DNA from: an uncultured Bacilli bacterium
GTDB lineage: Bacteria; Bacillota_I; Bacilli_A; Izemoplasmatales; UBA1188
DNA: 64,000 nucleotides
Assembly (NCBI GenBank): GCA_905235635.1
Contig: CAJOMC010000007.1
Location: 18,998-82,997 of the forward strand
Direction: 5' to 3'
The notes beneath the pieces were generated by a model. It saw nothing but the letters and a program-made list of their open reading frames with translations, searched no databases and was not told the origin of the DNA. A program made the position numbers and the translations under genes. Below, piece after piece: positions 31,810 to 41,205 of the stretch. How positions within the stretch are numbered: position 1 is the first letter of the stretch; each line of letters opens with the position of its first letter.

Positions 31810-33489
31810 TTACTTTGCCCACTCTACCTTTTTAACTGATGTATATATGAGTGGTTTATGTTTTGTTTCTTTAGATATGTACTCAAATACACTATCTGAT
31901 AAGGCTTCTTCGGCCTTTTCTTTACTAGTAAATTTATTTTCATTAAAGAATTCTATTACGTAGTTTTCTATACCTCTAAAGATTTGTTCATTATCTTTCG
32001 CAAAAAGGAATCCTTTTGAAATTACTGTAGGTCTAAGTGATACTTTTCCTTCTTGGTTTAAGAAAGCTACAATACTTACCATACCACGCTGAGATAATAC
32101 TCTTCTTTCTTCAATAATTTCTGCGTTAATACCACCTATATCAGTTCCATCGATAAGTACATCTTTTGCGTTTATCTTTTTAGATAATACTCTTGCGCCT
32201 AGATTTGTGATAGATAGAATATTGCCGTTTTGGAGGACAAATATATTCTTAGGATTAACACCACAATCTACTGCAGACTTCGCATGGGTTTTAAGCATAT
32301 AATACTCACCATGCATAGGCATAAAATATTTAGGCCTTAATAGTTTAAGCAATATTTTTTGTTCGTAAGAGGTTGCATGTCCTGATGCATGAACATCATT
32401 AAATGTTGATTGAACTACTACATTAGCATTTTGTCTACATAACTGATTGATTACTTCATCAATACCTGTTGAGTTACCTGGGATTGCACTAGATGAGAAG
32501 ACGATGGTATCGTCTTTCTCTATCTTAATTTGTTTATGCATACCATTAGCTATTCTAGTTAATGCAGCCATAGGTTCACCCTGTGTACCAGTACAGATTA
32601 CAGTTATTTGATCAGGAGGATAATGACCCAATTCCTTATCTGAGATAAAGTGTTCGTCGCCTGCATTAATATAGCCACCTTCTCTACCAATTTGGATGAT
32701 GTGTTCCATACTGCGTCCAACAACACATACCTTTCTTCCTTCTTTAATAGATGATTCTACAATCTGATTAATTCTATTGACGTTAGAGGCGAAGGTTGCG
32801 ATAATTACTCTTCCTTTTACTTCTCTAAATAAATCTTTAATGTTTTCGGCGACTACTTTTTCAGAAGTAGATAACTCCTTAACTTTAGAGTTAGTAGAAT
32901 CAGACATAAGAAGAAGTACTCCTTTTTGTCCGAGTGAACATAATTTTTGATAATTTGCGTCTTTTCCGATAGGTGTAAAGTCAAATTTAAAGTCACCAGT
33001 TTCTACAATATCACCATATGGTGTCCCAATAACAATTCCAAAGGCATCAGGGATTGAATGCATTATTCTTAATAGTGATACATTAAAGTATTTAGTTTTA
33101 ATACTTTCAAGTTCATCCATTTCATAGATATGGATTTTAGTTCCTGTATCTTCTAGTTTTTTCTTGATTAATTCTACCGCAAGACCATTAGCGTATATCT
33201 TTGGTATCCTTACCTGTTTTAAAAGATATGGAATACCCCCTATATGGTCTTCATGACCATGGGTTATAAATAATCCTTTGATTTTAGATTCATTTTCTTT
33301 TAAATAATCAAAATTAGGAATGATATAGTCAATGCCAAAAAGATCATCGTCTGGGAATAATATTCCCGCATCAACGATAATTAGTTCATCCTTATATTCA
33401 AAACAATACATGTTTTTGCCGACCTCATATAGTCCACCTAGGGCAAAAATCTTTAATTCATCTCTTTGAGAGCTAGTAAAAATATCCAT
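31810..33489 (-). CDS. rnj: Ribonuclease J
   Basis: LGGLYEVGKNM, THGHEDHIG, TGDFKFD, GTQGEP, HASGH, PMHGE. Confidence 0.96.
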   Translation of the reverse strand: MDIFTSSQRDELKIFALGGLYEVGKNMYCFEYKDELIIVDAGILFPDDDLFGIDYIIPNFDYLKENESKIKGLFITHGHEDHIGGIPYLLKQVRIPKIYANGLAVELIKKKLEDTGTKIHIYEMDELESIKTKYFNVSLLRIMHSIPDAFGIVIGTPYGDIVETGDFKFDFTPIGKDANYQKLCSLGQKGVLLLMSDSTNSKVKELSTSEKVVAENIKDLFREVKGRVIIATFASNVNRINQIVESSIKEGRKVCVVGRSMEHIIQIGREGGYINAGDEHFISDKELGHYPPDQITVICTGTQGEPMAALTRIANGMHKQIKIEKDDTIVFSSSAIPGNSTGIDEVINQLCRQNANVVVQSTFNDVHASGHATSYEQKILLKLLRPKYFMPMHGEYYMLKTHAKSAVDCGVNPKNIFVLQNGNILSITNLGARVLSKKINAKDVLIDGTDIGGINAEIIEERRVLSQRGMVSIVAFLNQEGKVSLRPTVISKGFLFAKDNEQIFRGIENYVIEFFNENKFTSKEKAEEALSDSVFEYISKETKHKPLIYTSVKKVEWAK

Positions 33490-33546
33490 GTCGCCACCTT
33501 GTATTTATTATACTATATTTAGCTATATAATGTTAAAATAATTTAT

Positions 33547-33777
33547 ATGATTAAGAAATTATTTTTTATCTTTCTAATTGTTTTATTTGCGGCCGTTGCG
33601 GCCTTATGTGGTATATTCTCTGTCTTTGAATTAAGAGAAGTATTTTCTGGTGCATCACCAGACCCGGTGCATATATTTTTACTTATAGGTACTATAGTAG
33701 GCATGCTTGTATCAGTTGGGCTTTCCTTTATGTTTATTATAAAAACATTAAATCTTAAAAAAGGGGAAAAGAACTAA
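33547..33777 (+). CDS. Small two-TM membrane protein
   Basis: Two hydrophobic helices; coupled to dut. Confidence 0.6.
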   Translation: MIKKLFFIFLIVLFAAVAALCGIFSVFELREVFSGASPDPVHIFLLIGTIVGMLVSVGLSFMFIIKTLNLKKGEKN

Positions 33778-33778
33778 T

Positions 33779-34243
33779 ATGAAAAAAAGAATTGCATCTT
33801 TTGAAAAAATAACTTGCATTCCTGAAGTGGAAGCTTTCTATGATGATATAAAGCTTCCAGAAAGATCAACATCTAATTCCGCAGGATATGATTTTTATCT
33901 TCCTTATGATGTAACATTTAATCCTAATGAAACAGTAAAGATATTAACTGGTGTAAGAGCTAAAATGGAAGAAAATTATGTTTTAATGATATTTCCAAGA
34001 AGTTCTTTAGGAATAAAACATAAACTTACATTAGATAATACTGTAGCTGTTATCGATGCAGATTATTATAACGCCTTAAATGAAGGCCATATAATGCTTT
34101 ATATTACTAATAATTCTAATGAAGTAGTTAGTCTTAAAAAAGGCGATAGGTTTGTGCAAGGAATCTTCCTTGAATATGGAGTTACCTATGATGATAATGT
34201 AGAAACTAAAAGAATAGGTGGTTTTGGCTCTACAAACAAATAA
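33779..34243 (+). CDS. dut: dUTPase
   Basis: SAGYDF, PRSSLG, IDADYY, RIGGFGST. Confidence 0.95.
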   Translation: MKKRIASFEKITCIPEVEAFYDDIKLPERSTSNSAGYDFYLPYDVTFNPNETVKILTGVRAKMEENYVLMIFPRSSLGIKHKLTLDNTVAVIDADYYNALNEGHIMLYITNNSNEVVSLKKGDRFVQGIFLEYGVTYDDNVETKRIGGFGSTNK

Positions 34244-34296
34244 TAATCATAATAATGTAGTAGAATATTAAAGAAGAAATAAAAGGAGTTATATAT

Positions 34297-34707
34297 ATGA
34301 AAAAAGTATTATTTTTATTAACTAGTATATTACTATCATTATCACTCGTATCATGCGCAATGGGTGAATGTGCGAAGGGATATAAATACGCCAAAGAAGA
34401 TCTTGAGTATTATGAATACCAAGAATATAAGGTAAAATTCGAAGGCGGAAACTGGGTATACGTTGAAGAACAAGATGTAAGCAATGGAAGTATATTTGGT
34501 TATGATCTTGGAACTACTCACCTACAAGAAACATATTACTATGAAATTCTCTTTAAAATTACTGATGAAAACGGAAAAGAAACATCAAAAACTGCTTACT
34601 ATAGTTATGTAGTTGGTAAAACTAATTCATTTGAAACTATAATGTATTCAACATACGCTGATGCAGTAGCGAAAGGAACTATAAAAGGTAGAACTGGCAC
34701 TCTTTAA
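34297..34707 (+). CDS. Hypothetical lipoprotein
   Basis: Signal peptide with LVSC lipobox; AGGAG RBS; terminator 34723-34748. Confidence 0.75.
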   Translation: MKKVLFLLTSILLSLSLVSCAMGECAKGYKYAKEDLEYYEYQEYKVKFEGGNWVYVEEQDVSNGSIFGYDLGTTHLQETYYYEILFKITDENGKETSKTAYYSYVVGKTNSFETIMYSTYADAVAKGTIKGRTGTL

Positions 34708-34769
34708 GATTATCTAAGAACCAAGATGGACGACTTGTCCATCTTTTTCTTGTCTATAAATAAAAATTA

Positions 34770-34798
34770 TTGACAATATTTATTCCGTATTATAAAAT
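34770..34798 (+). promoter_or_regulatory. Promoter for tRNA-Glu
   Basis: TTGACA-17-TAAAAT. Confidence 0.8.
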
Positions 34799-34808
34799 AA
34801 TAAAGCCT

Positions 34809-34885
34809 GACGAGTTGGAGAAGCGGTTTAACTCACAAGCCTTTCACGCTTGCATTCATGGGTTCAAATCCCATACTCGCCACCA
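34809..34885 (+). tRNA. tRNA-Glu (TTC)
   Basis: Cloverleaf: anticodon arm CAAGC-CTTTCAC-GCTTG, T arm ATGGG-TTCAAAT-CCCAT, encoded CCA; A2-C71 acceptor mismatch. Confidence 0.93.
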
Positions 34886-34969
34886 CAAAGTTTGCTATCG
34901 CCAATCTACTGATTGGTGATTTTTTCTTTATATTCCTTCATAAGTCTAAAAAAGTACCTCTTGAAAATT

Positions 34970-35179
34970 AAACTTTAGATTTGATGATGAAATTGTTTCA
35001 AATGTTGATATAAAATATTTTGATTTTGAACAGGATAAACAATACAATACTACATTTTTGCTTGTGGAATATTAACTTTTGTTGATGATGAAAATGAGTA
35101 TTCATTTAGATTAGGAATGCCACTTGAAGGTGATGATTTTTCTAATGTTAGTCCACTTTATTGTGTTATGAATGTTTAA
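34970..35179 (+). pseudogene. Degraded 3' gene fragment
   Basis: Two overlapping protein-like frames (NFRFDDEIVSNVDIKYFDF / YIFACGILTFVDDENEYSFRLGMPL) with no start, followed by terminator GCCAGAATC...GATTCTGGC. Confidence 0.4.
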
Positions 35180-35284
35180 CACCCAAAACACAATTGTATT
35201 ATATGCCAGAATCAAATCGGGATTCTGGCTTTTAATATTTAATAATCTCTATAGCTTACTAAACTAAATATATTCTTATTTACA

Positions 35285-35308
35285 AATTATGTCGCGTGCG
35301 ATATAATT
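35285..35308. promoter_or_regulatory. Putative OhrR/MarR operator
   Basis: AATTATGTCGC-GT-GCGATATAATT near-perfect palindrome overlapping TATAAT upstream of the operon. Confidence 0.65.
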
Positions 35309-35331
35309 TAGATATAAGAAGGAGATCTCAT

Positions 35332-35751
35332 ATGAAAGTTGCTGTTAGATATTTCACTAAAAGTAAAAAAGGTAATACAGAAAGGATTGCAAAATTTATT
35401 GAAGAAAAAATTAATGTTCCTGCTTTAGATGTTTCTAATCCATTAGAAGAAGAAACAGAAATACTATTATTAGTTAATGCAATGTATGCAGCGGATGTTG
35501 ATAAAAATATTAAACAATTTTTAAGAAATAATAAAGATAAGATTAAAACCCTTATCAACGTCAATAGCTCTGCTAGTGGTGCATCCACTATAAAACCAGT
35601 AAAGAAAGTTTGTGATGAAGAGGGAATAAATGTTTCAGAAAAAGAATTCCATACAGTTGCTGGTTGGATCTTTATTAATAAAGGAAGACCAAATAAAGAA
35701 GACTTTGAACGTCTAGAGGCTTTCCTTAAGGAAGCAGTTATAAATGGATAA
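35332..35751 (+). CDS. Flavodoxin-like protein
   Basis: VRYFTKSKKGNTERIA flavodoxin-type N-terminus; AAGGAG RBS before ATG 35332. Confidence 0.7.
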   Translation: MKVAVRYFTKSKKGNTERIAKFIEEKINVPALDVSNPLEEETEILLLVNAMYAADVDKNIKQFLRNNKDKIKTLINVNSSASGASTIKPVKKVCDEEGINVSEKEFHTVAGWIFINKGRPNKEDFERLEAFLKEAVING

Positions 35752-36184
35752 ATATGATTCTTTATTATTAAAAAATCAACTATGTTTTCCAACTTACGCT
35801 GTTTCAAATAAGATAACAAGAAAATATAAACCTCTCCTTGAAAAGATAGATTTAACTTATACCCAATATATCGCTATGATGGTAGTGTGGGAGAAAAAGA
35901 GTGTTAATGAAAAAGAATTATGTGAAGCTTTATTTCTAAAAACTAACACCCTTGCCCCTTTATTAAAAAGATTAAAAGAAAAAGGATATATCGAAATAAA
36001 TAAGAATAAAGAAGATAAAAGAAATCTTGTTATCTCCTTAACTGAAAAAGGAGAACTACTAAAAGAACAAGCTGTGGAAGTTCCATCTTCCATAGCTAAA
36101 GAATTTAATTTAACAGAAGAAGAAGCAATCTTCTTTTACAAAATACTATATAAAATTCTTAATGAAACAAAGGAGGAAGAATAA
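35744..36184 (+). CDS. OhrR-type MarR family regulator
   Basis: NQLCFPTY with redox-sensing Cys, DLTYTQY, LAPLLKRL, DKR. Confidence 0.88.
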   Translation: MDKYDSLLLKNQLCFPTYAVSNKITRKYKPLLEKIDLTYTQYIAMMVVWEKKSVNEKELCEALFLKTNTLAPLLKRLKEKGYIEINKNKEDKRNLVISLTEKGELLKEQAVEVPSSIAKEFNLTEEEAIFFYKILYKILNETKEEE

Positions 36185-36186
36185 TT

Positions 36187-37542
36187 GTGGATAAATATGA
36201 TGTTATTTACATCGGTAGCGGCCACGCATGTTGGCATGGTGCTTTGATACTAAAAATGCAAGGCAAAAAAGTAGCTCTCGTTGAAAAAGAATTACTAGGT
36301 GGTACATGTACTAACTATGGTTGTGACGCGAAGATTTTACTTGATTCACCAATTGAATTAAAAGAGGCTTTAGACCGCTATCAAAATATTGGTCTTTCAA
36401 AACAGGCAGAAATTAATTGGAACAGTTTAATGCAATACAAGAAAAATGTAATTGGTTTTATGCCTAGTGCCCTCGATGGCTTATTTAAGAATTTCGGTTT
36501 TGATATTATTAGGGGGGCTGCAAAGTTAATTGATGCTCACACTATTGAAGTAGAGAATAAAAAATATTATGCTGATTATTTTGTTATCGGTACTGGCCAA
36601 ACTTATGTACCACTTGATATCCCTGGAAAAGAATACTTTAAGGATTCTCGCGATTTCTTGTCTTTAGATAATATCCCTAAATGTGTTACTTTTGTTGGTG
36701 CTGGTATTATTGGTATGGAATTTGCATCTATCTGTTTATCTCTTGGTAAAAAGGTTAATATTGTTGATTTAGCTTCAAATGCACTAAATCAATATGATAA
36801 GAAATATGTTGATTATATTGTAGAAAAGATGAAAAAACAGGGTGCTAATTTCTTATTTAATAGGCACGTTACTTCTTTAGAAAAAGTTAATGAAGATGAA
36901 TATATCTTAAAGACAGAAGAAGGAGATAAAATCAAATCCAACTATGTTTTAGTCGCTGTAGGAAGAAAGGCTAATACTGATGGATTAAATCTTGAAGGAT
37001 TAGGCATTGAATATTCAAATCGTGGTATTAAAGTTGATAATCACCTAAGAACAAGCGTAAAAAATATATATGCTTCTGGTGATGTTATTGATAAGAATGT
37101 TCCTAAATTAACTCCAACCGCAGAATTTGAATCTAACTATATCGCTTTAGATATATTATTACCAGGCTTCCTAAAGAAGAAGATTACTTATCCAGTGATT
37201 CCTAATCTTGTGTTCACTCTACCTCGTATCGGCCAAGTTGGTGTAGATACCAATAAAGCTAAAGAATTAGGATACCGTGTAGAAGAAGTAGAAATAGGTA
37301 AGACAATGTCTTGGGCAAATAAAAATGATGTTAATGAACACATAACATTTGTCTTTAATAATAAAAATGAATTAGTTGGTGCATCTATCTTATCTGATAC
37401 GGCCGGTGAATATCTTGATCTACTAACAATTATCATCAACCAAAAACTCACCGCAAGAGATTTATCAAAAATGATTTTCTCATTCCCAACTACAACTTAT
37501 GGTCTAATTTCAAGTCTATTACCATTAATGTTAAAAAGATAA
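36187..37542 (+). CDS. Pyridine nucleotide-disulfide oxidoreductase (glutathione reductase-like)
   Basis: IGSG, GGTCTNYGCDAK, GAGIIGMEF, IYASGD, PKLTP, FPT. Confidence 0.85.
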   Translation: MDKYDVIYIGSGHACWHGALILKMQGKKVALVEKELLGGTCTNYGCDAKILLDSPIELKEALDRYQNIGLSKQAEINWNSLMQYKKNVIGFMPSALDGLFKNFGFDIIRGAAKLIDAHTIEVENKKYYADYFVIGTGQTYVPLDIPGKEYFKDSRDFLSLDNIPKCVTFVGAGIIGMEFASICLSLGKKVNIVDLASNALNQYDKKYVDYIVEKMKKQGANFLFNRHVTSLEKVNEDEYILKTEEGDKIKSNYVLVAVGRKANTDGLNLEGLGIEYSNRGIKVDNHLRTSVKNIYASGDVIDKNVPKLTPTAEFESNYIALDILLPGFLKKKITYPVIPNLVFTLPRIGQVGVDTNKAKELGYRVEEVEIGKTMSWANKNDVNEHITFVFNNKNELVGASILSDTAGEYLDLLTIIINQKLTARDLSKMIFSFPTTTYGLISSLLPLMLKR

Positions 37543-37661
37543 ATATGTAATAAAGCCGGAATTTGTTTGGTTCCGGTTTTATTATTTATAGACTAATCAA
37601 AACCTCTTTGAATGTGACTTGTCTTAATTTTGTTGTATAATCAAGTAATTGAAATTAATTT

Positions 37662-37976
37662 TTGTTAATACTGAATAAAAAGAATAAAACTCAAATTAAA
37701 AGGACTATAATTATGCAACTAGACAAATATTTTCAAAATGGCTATTTTTTACCCCAAACAATTAAAGATATAGCGAAAAGATATCCGGTTATAAGTGTTG
37801 AATTTTATCCAGGTTCAAAACTATATGACTATTTATCTTTAGATGAAGAAGTAAAAGTTGGGGATAAGAAAATTGTAGTTATTAATGACGAGCCTAAAGA
37901 AGTTACTGTAAAAGCTATCAAATATCTATATGAGGATCAACTTCCTCTTCTGTACTCTAAAATGTCTAAAATCTAA
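37662..37976 (+). CDS. Hypothetical protein, possibly a C-terminal fragment
   Basis: ORF only; start uncertain (ATG ~37713). Confidence 0.45.
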   Translation: MLILNKKNKTQIKRTIIMQLDKYFQNGYFLPQTIKDIAKRYPVISVEFYPGSKLYDYLSLDEEVKVGDKKIVVINDEPKEVTVKAIKYLYEDQLPLLYSKMSKI

Positions 37977-38076
37977 TGCTCTAACATTAGAATAATACAA
38001 AAGCAAAATAAACGCCAATAAATAAGGATAACAACAAGCGGGTTGTTCCGTATTTTGTTTACTATATTTATTATTT

Positions 38077-38116
38077 AATGTAAATATTTTACATTTGGGG
38101 GCAAATGTAATATAAT
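38077..38116 (+). promoter_or_regulatory. Promoter with overlapping palindromic operator(s) for RHH-kinase operon
   Basis: TTTACA-17-TATAAT (38088-38116); perfect TTACATTTG-GGGG-CAAATGTAA at 38089-38110 and AATGTAAA-TAT-TTTACATT at 38077-38095. Confidence 0.7.
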
Positions 38117-38135
38117 ATTGTTGGTGGAGGTTCAA

Positions 38136-38522
38136 ATGTTCAATCAGAAAGAATATATTAATAAATTTATTAAGAATAATTATAAGTCAATAAAAATTAG
38201 AATACGTAATGACGACGCAATAATAATTAAAAAAATAAATGAGGTTGGAAATATTAATAAATATATCACTAATTTGATACTAGAAGACATTTATAAAACA
38301 CATAAATATAATTTTATTAATGATAGTGTTAAGATTGATTTCGATCTCTCTAAAACTATGCAAGACCTTGTAGACAAAGCTGAAAAGGCTGATATTCTAA
38401 ATGACTTCGGACTATATATGAATCTTGCAGACGCAATTGATTCACAAGGGAAGAAAGAAACAACGCATCATATCATAAGAGAAAGTGAATGGAATAAACT
38501 AGTAAGGAGATATTGCTTATGA
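38136..38522 (+). CDS. Putative antitoxin/regulator with N-terminal ribbon-helix-helix-like region
   Basis: NYKSIKIRIRNDD...NINKYITNLILED strand-helix-helix pattern; GGAGG RBS; ATGA overlap with kinase. Confidence 0.55.
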   Translation: MFNQKEYINKFIKNNYKSIKIRIRNDDAIIIKKINEVGNINKYITNLILEDIYKTHKYNFINDSVKIDFDLSKTMQDLVDKAEKADILNDFGLYMNLADAIDSQGKKETTHHIIRESEWNKLVRRYCL

Positions 38523-39478
38523 TTGAATTAATTGATTTTACAAATTATCCTTTAAGTTCTAGAAACCTTGAATATGGTGGTAGGGCTGGTGAGAAGAAGG
38601 GCATTATCTTCAATAATACCTTCTGGTTTTTAAAATTCCCCAAAAACACCCTCGGTATGAAAAGAGTAGGTAGCTTAAAATATGTAACATCTCCTTTAAG
38701 TGAGTTTATAGGAAGCAATATATATAAAATATTGGGATATGATGTACACGAAACCAAGCTTGGCATTTGCTATGATGGTGTTAAATACAAAGTGGTTTGT
38801 GCATGTAAAGATTTTATCAGTGATGATAGAAACGAATTACTTATACCTTACACAGCATTAAGAAACGATACTAATCCTAAGGTTATGTATAAAGATGAAG
38901 ATTACTCCTTATCTGCATCAAGTTTAAATGAAATAATTATGCAACTTAATAATAATACAGTGTTAAGTACTATAACAGGTGCAAAAGAAAGGTTTTGGGA
39001 TGTTGTTGTAATTGATATGTTGATTAATAATAATGACAGAAATGAGGATAATTGGGGCGTAATCAAAAACAAAACTAATAATGAGTATTATCTATCGCCA
39101 ATCTACGATTGTGGAAATTGTTTTTATGGAAAGGCAAGTGAGGAACACATTAGCAATTTATTAACTGATAATGAAAAATTATATAGTAGTGCTTTGAATG
39201 GTATTACCGCTTACGAAGACGCGAACGAAAATAGAATTAGAAATCTTGACATCTTAACTATAAACAATGTCGATTTAGAAGAGTCTATAATGCGTGTATA
39301 TAAACTTATAATAAATAAAAAAGATGATATTATAAGTTTTATCAACAACATTCCTGAGGTTTATAATAACATTCCAATAATGAGTGTTGAAAGAAAGAAG
39401 TATTATATTGCAACTTTTGAATTAAGGCTTAAAAATATTCTTGAACCTAAATATAACGGATTAGTTAATGGTAAATAA
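38519..39478 (+). CDS. HipA/CtkA-like kinase (putative toxin)
   Basis: GGRAGEK Gly loop, LKFPK, SEFIG, ACKDF, NNDRNEDNWG, LSPIYDCG. Confidence 0.8.
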   Translation: MIELIDFTNYPLSSRNLEYGGRAGEKKGIIFNNTFWFLKFPKNTLGMKRVGSLKYVTSPLSEFIGSNIYKILGYDVHETKLGICYDGVKYKVVCACKDFISDDRNELLIPYTALRNDTNPKVMYKDEDYSLSASSLNEIIMQLNNNTVLSTITGAKERFWDVVVIDMLINNNDRNEDNWGVIKNKTNNEYYLSPIYDCGNCFYGKASEEHISNLLTDNEKLYSSALNGITAYEDANENRIRNLDILTINNVDLEESIMRVYKLIINKKDDIISFINNIPEVYNNIPIMSVERKKYYIATFELRLKNILEPKYNGLVNGK

Positions 39479-39508
39479 TAGAATACTAATTAACTATTAC
39501 GTGAAATT

Positions 39509-39682
39509 GCTAGATATAGTGATATTACACAGTATAAAAGGATGAGACAATTCTCATCCTTTTATATTACCAAGACCCCTTATACCTTACACCAATTTAT
39601 CTGTGTAATAGCCAATACGCTTGCTCTTATTAAATATTGGTTCATAAATATTTTCTTTAAGGTCAATTCCCACTAATTTACA
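39509..39682. repeat. Diverged direct-repeat copy of plsC-like 3' end plus terminator (other copy 42223-42397)
   Basis: Minus strand reads CKLVGIDLKENIYEPIFNKSKRIGYYTDK/(1-nt deletion)/GVRYKGSW*, versus intact CRLVGIDPKENIYEPIFNKSKRIDYYTDKYGVGYKGSW*; same AAAAGGATGAG/CTCATCCTTTT hairpin. Confidence 0.92.
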
Positions 39683-39811
39683 AGCTTTTCGCGTTTACAT
39701 GCATAGTTTGGATTCCATAACCATCATAATTCTAATAAATTGTTTAGTACCTATTTTGTGGTGTGTGGGTTTTGCCTGTTTCAGTGTTCGCCGTCATTAG
39801 ATCTTAACATT

Positions 39812-40306
39812 TCATTCATTTTTGCCTATAGGAAAATCATACTTATTGAGTAAATCGATATAAGCCTGCTCTAAAAGTTCTGGTCTCAATGTTTTAGATG
39901 CAGCAAGGAGAGTATCAAACTCCCTTTTAAATTCTCCAATTGCATTATCATATGATATTAATTGTGTACTATAATGGTTGAACATATCAGAAAAGCCACC
40001 ACTAATTTTAAATAAACCACTCGATTCTAATTCGAGAATATAAGTAGCTGCATCTTTATATGTTCTAATGCTTTTATCTTCTAAACCATTTTGCCTACCT
40101 AAAAGTAAATAATCTAAAGATATGTCAGGCTTTTTTGCAATAATAATCAAGTAAGTTGGTGATGGAAAAGAGTGTCCATTTTCCCACCCACTAATCATTT
40201 GAACAGTTGGTGCCCCGATAAGTTCTCTAAACTCCTCTTGATTTAGTTTTTTTGATTTTCTAATTTCGGCAATACGTTTGCCGACTTCTTCTTTTGTCTC
40301 ATTCAT
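39812..40306 (-). CDS. XRE-family HTH regulator
   Basis: IRKSKKLNQEEF...VQMISGWENGHSFP...SLDYLLLG. Confidence 0.85.
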   Translation of the reverse strand: MNETKEEVGKRIAEIRKSKKLNQEEFRELIGAPTVQMISGWENGHSFPSPTYLIIIAKKPDISLDYLLLGRQNGLEDKSIRTYKDAATYILELESSGLFKISGGFSDMFNHYSTQLISYDNAIGEFKREFDTLLAASKTLRPELLEQAYIDLLNKYDFPIGKNE

Positions 40307-40529
40307 AAATATGCCCTCTACTTATTTAAACAAATAAATTATAACAACAAAACTTATTAAAATTGTTTTTTAAGTAAACTCGTCTAAGAAAATTACTTTA
40401 ATATACTATGTTTTCACGTATGACCCAAAAACATATTTTTTAAAAAAGTGGGGTTATATTAAAGGTAGTTGAACGCGAAATAGTTTTGCCAAATCCTAAC
40501 TAATAAATTTAAAACTGCGAGGTGATTTT

Positions 40530-41204
40530 GTGAAAAAAATGAAAATGGACGATGACTTCCAAAATTATTTAGTTGTAGGGGCAGTTTTTGATGGAGAAGC
40601 GGATATTCCATGTATGATGAGGATGGATAACGTGATAATTCCTAAAAAAATAGCACCATATACTGCCAGAAAAAGAATAAAGAATCCTAATGTATTTTTG
40701 CATTGTTTCATTCACGATTTTCAGTTTTCTAATTTAATTACTGAAACGAAAAAACATGTTGAAGAAATAACAATATTTGATGGAATTATATGTCCTGATC
40801 CGACAATAACCATCGGTGGGTCACGGACAATTAACCAAGCTCAGGTTTATTTTTCTAGAGCAGTAGGGTTTTACCTCCAGAAACACGGTATTTTTGCAAT
40901 TCCTTGTGTTAGATGGGGCGATCCATCAACATATGATTATTGTTTTCTTGGTGTACCTCAAGATTATATTATTGCCATCAGCACACATGGTTGCATTATG
41001 CCGTGTAGGGAAAATAATAATGAATTACGTAACGCATTTATAAAGGGGCTACCTATTATGTTAGAAAAACTAAGACCAAAATACGTAATTGTTTATGGAA
41101 GAATGCCTGATGAAATCTTTGATCCATATAAATCAATGACAACGTTCATTAATTTTGAAAGTGATTTACAAGTATATTTTGATAAAAGAAAGGAGAAATT
41201 ATAA
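40530..41204 (+). CDS. DUF4417-like protein
   Basis: HCFIHDFQF, ICPD, GIFAIPCVRWG, CFLGVP, IAISTHG, VIVYG pattern recognised from memory of the family; GAGGTG RBS, GTG start. Confidence 0.7.
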   Translation: MKKMKMDDDFQNYLVVGAVFDGEADIPCMMRMDNVIIPKKIAPYTARKRIKNPNVFLHCFIHDFQFSNLITETKKHVEEITIFDGIICPDPTITIGGSRTINQAQVYFSRAVGFYLQKHGIFAIPCVRWGDPSTYDYCFLGVPQDYIIAISTHGCIMPCRENNNELRNAFIKGLPIMLEKLRPKYVIVYGRMPDEIFDPYKSMTTFINFESDLQVYFDKRKEKL

Positions 41205-41205
41205 T

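Noticed and set aside
38128-38140. GGTTCAAAT resembling a displaced tRNA T-loop (possible attR of the tRNA-Glu)
   Set aside because: The match is only 9 nt and is explained by the RBS-spacer-ATG of the RHH-like gene; there is no acceptor-stem sequence.
39715-39810. ATG immediately after the XRE stop as a possible integrase remnant
   Set aside because: The frame is interrupted by stops within 10 codons and has no recombinase motif, so it cannot be supported.
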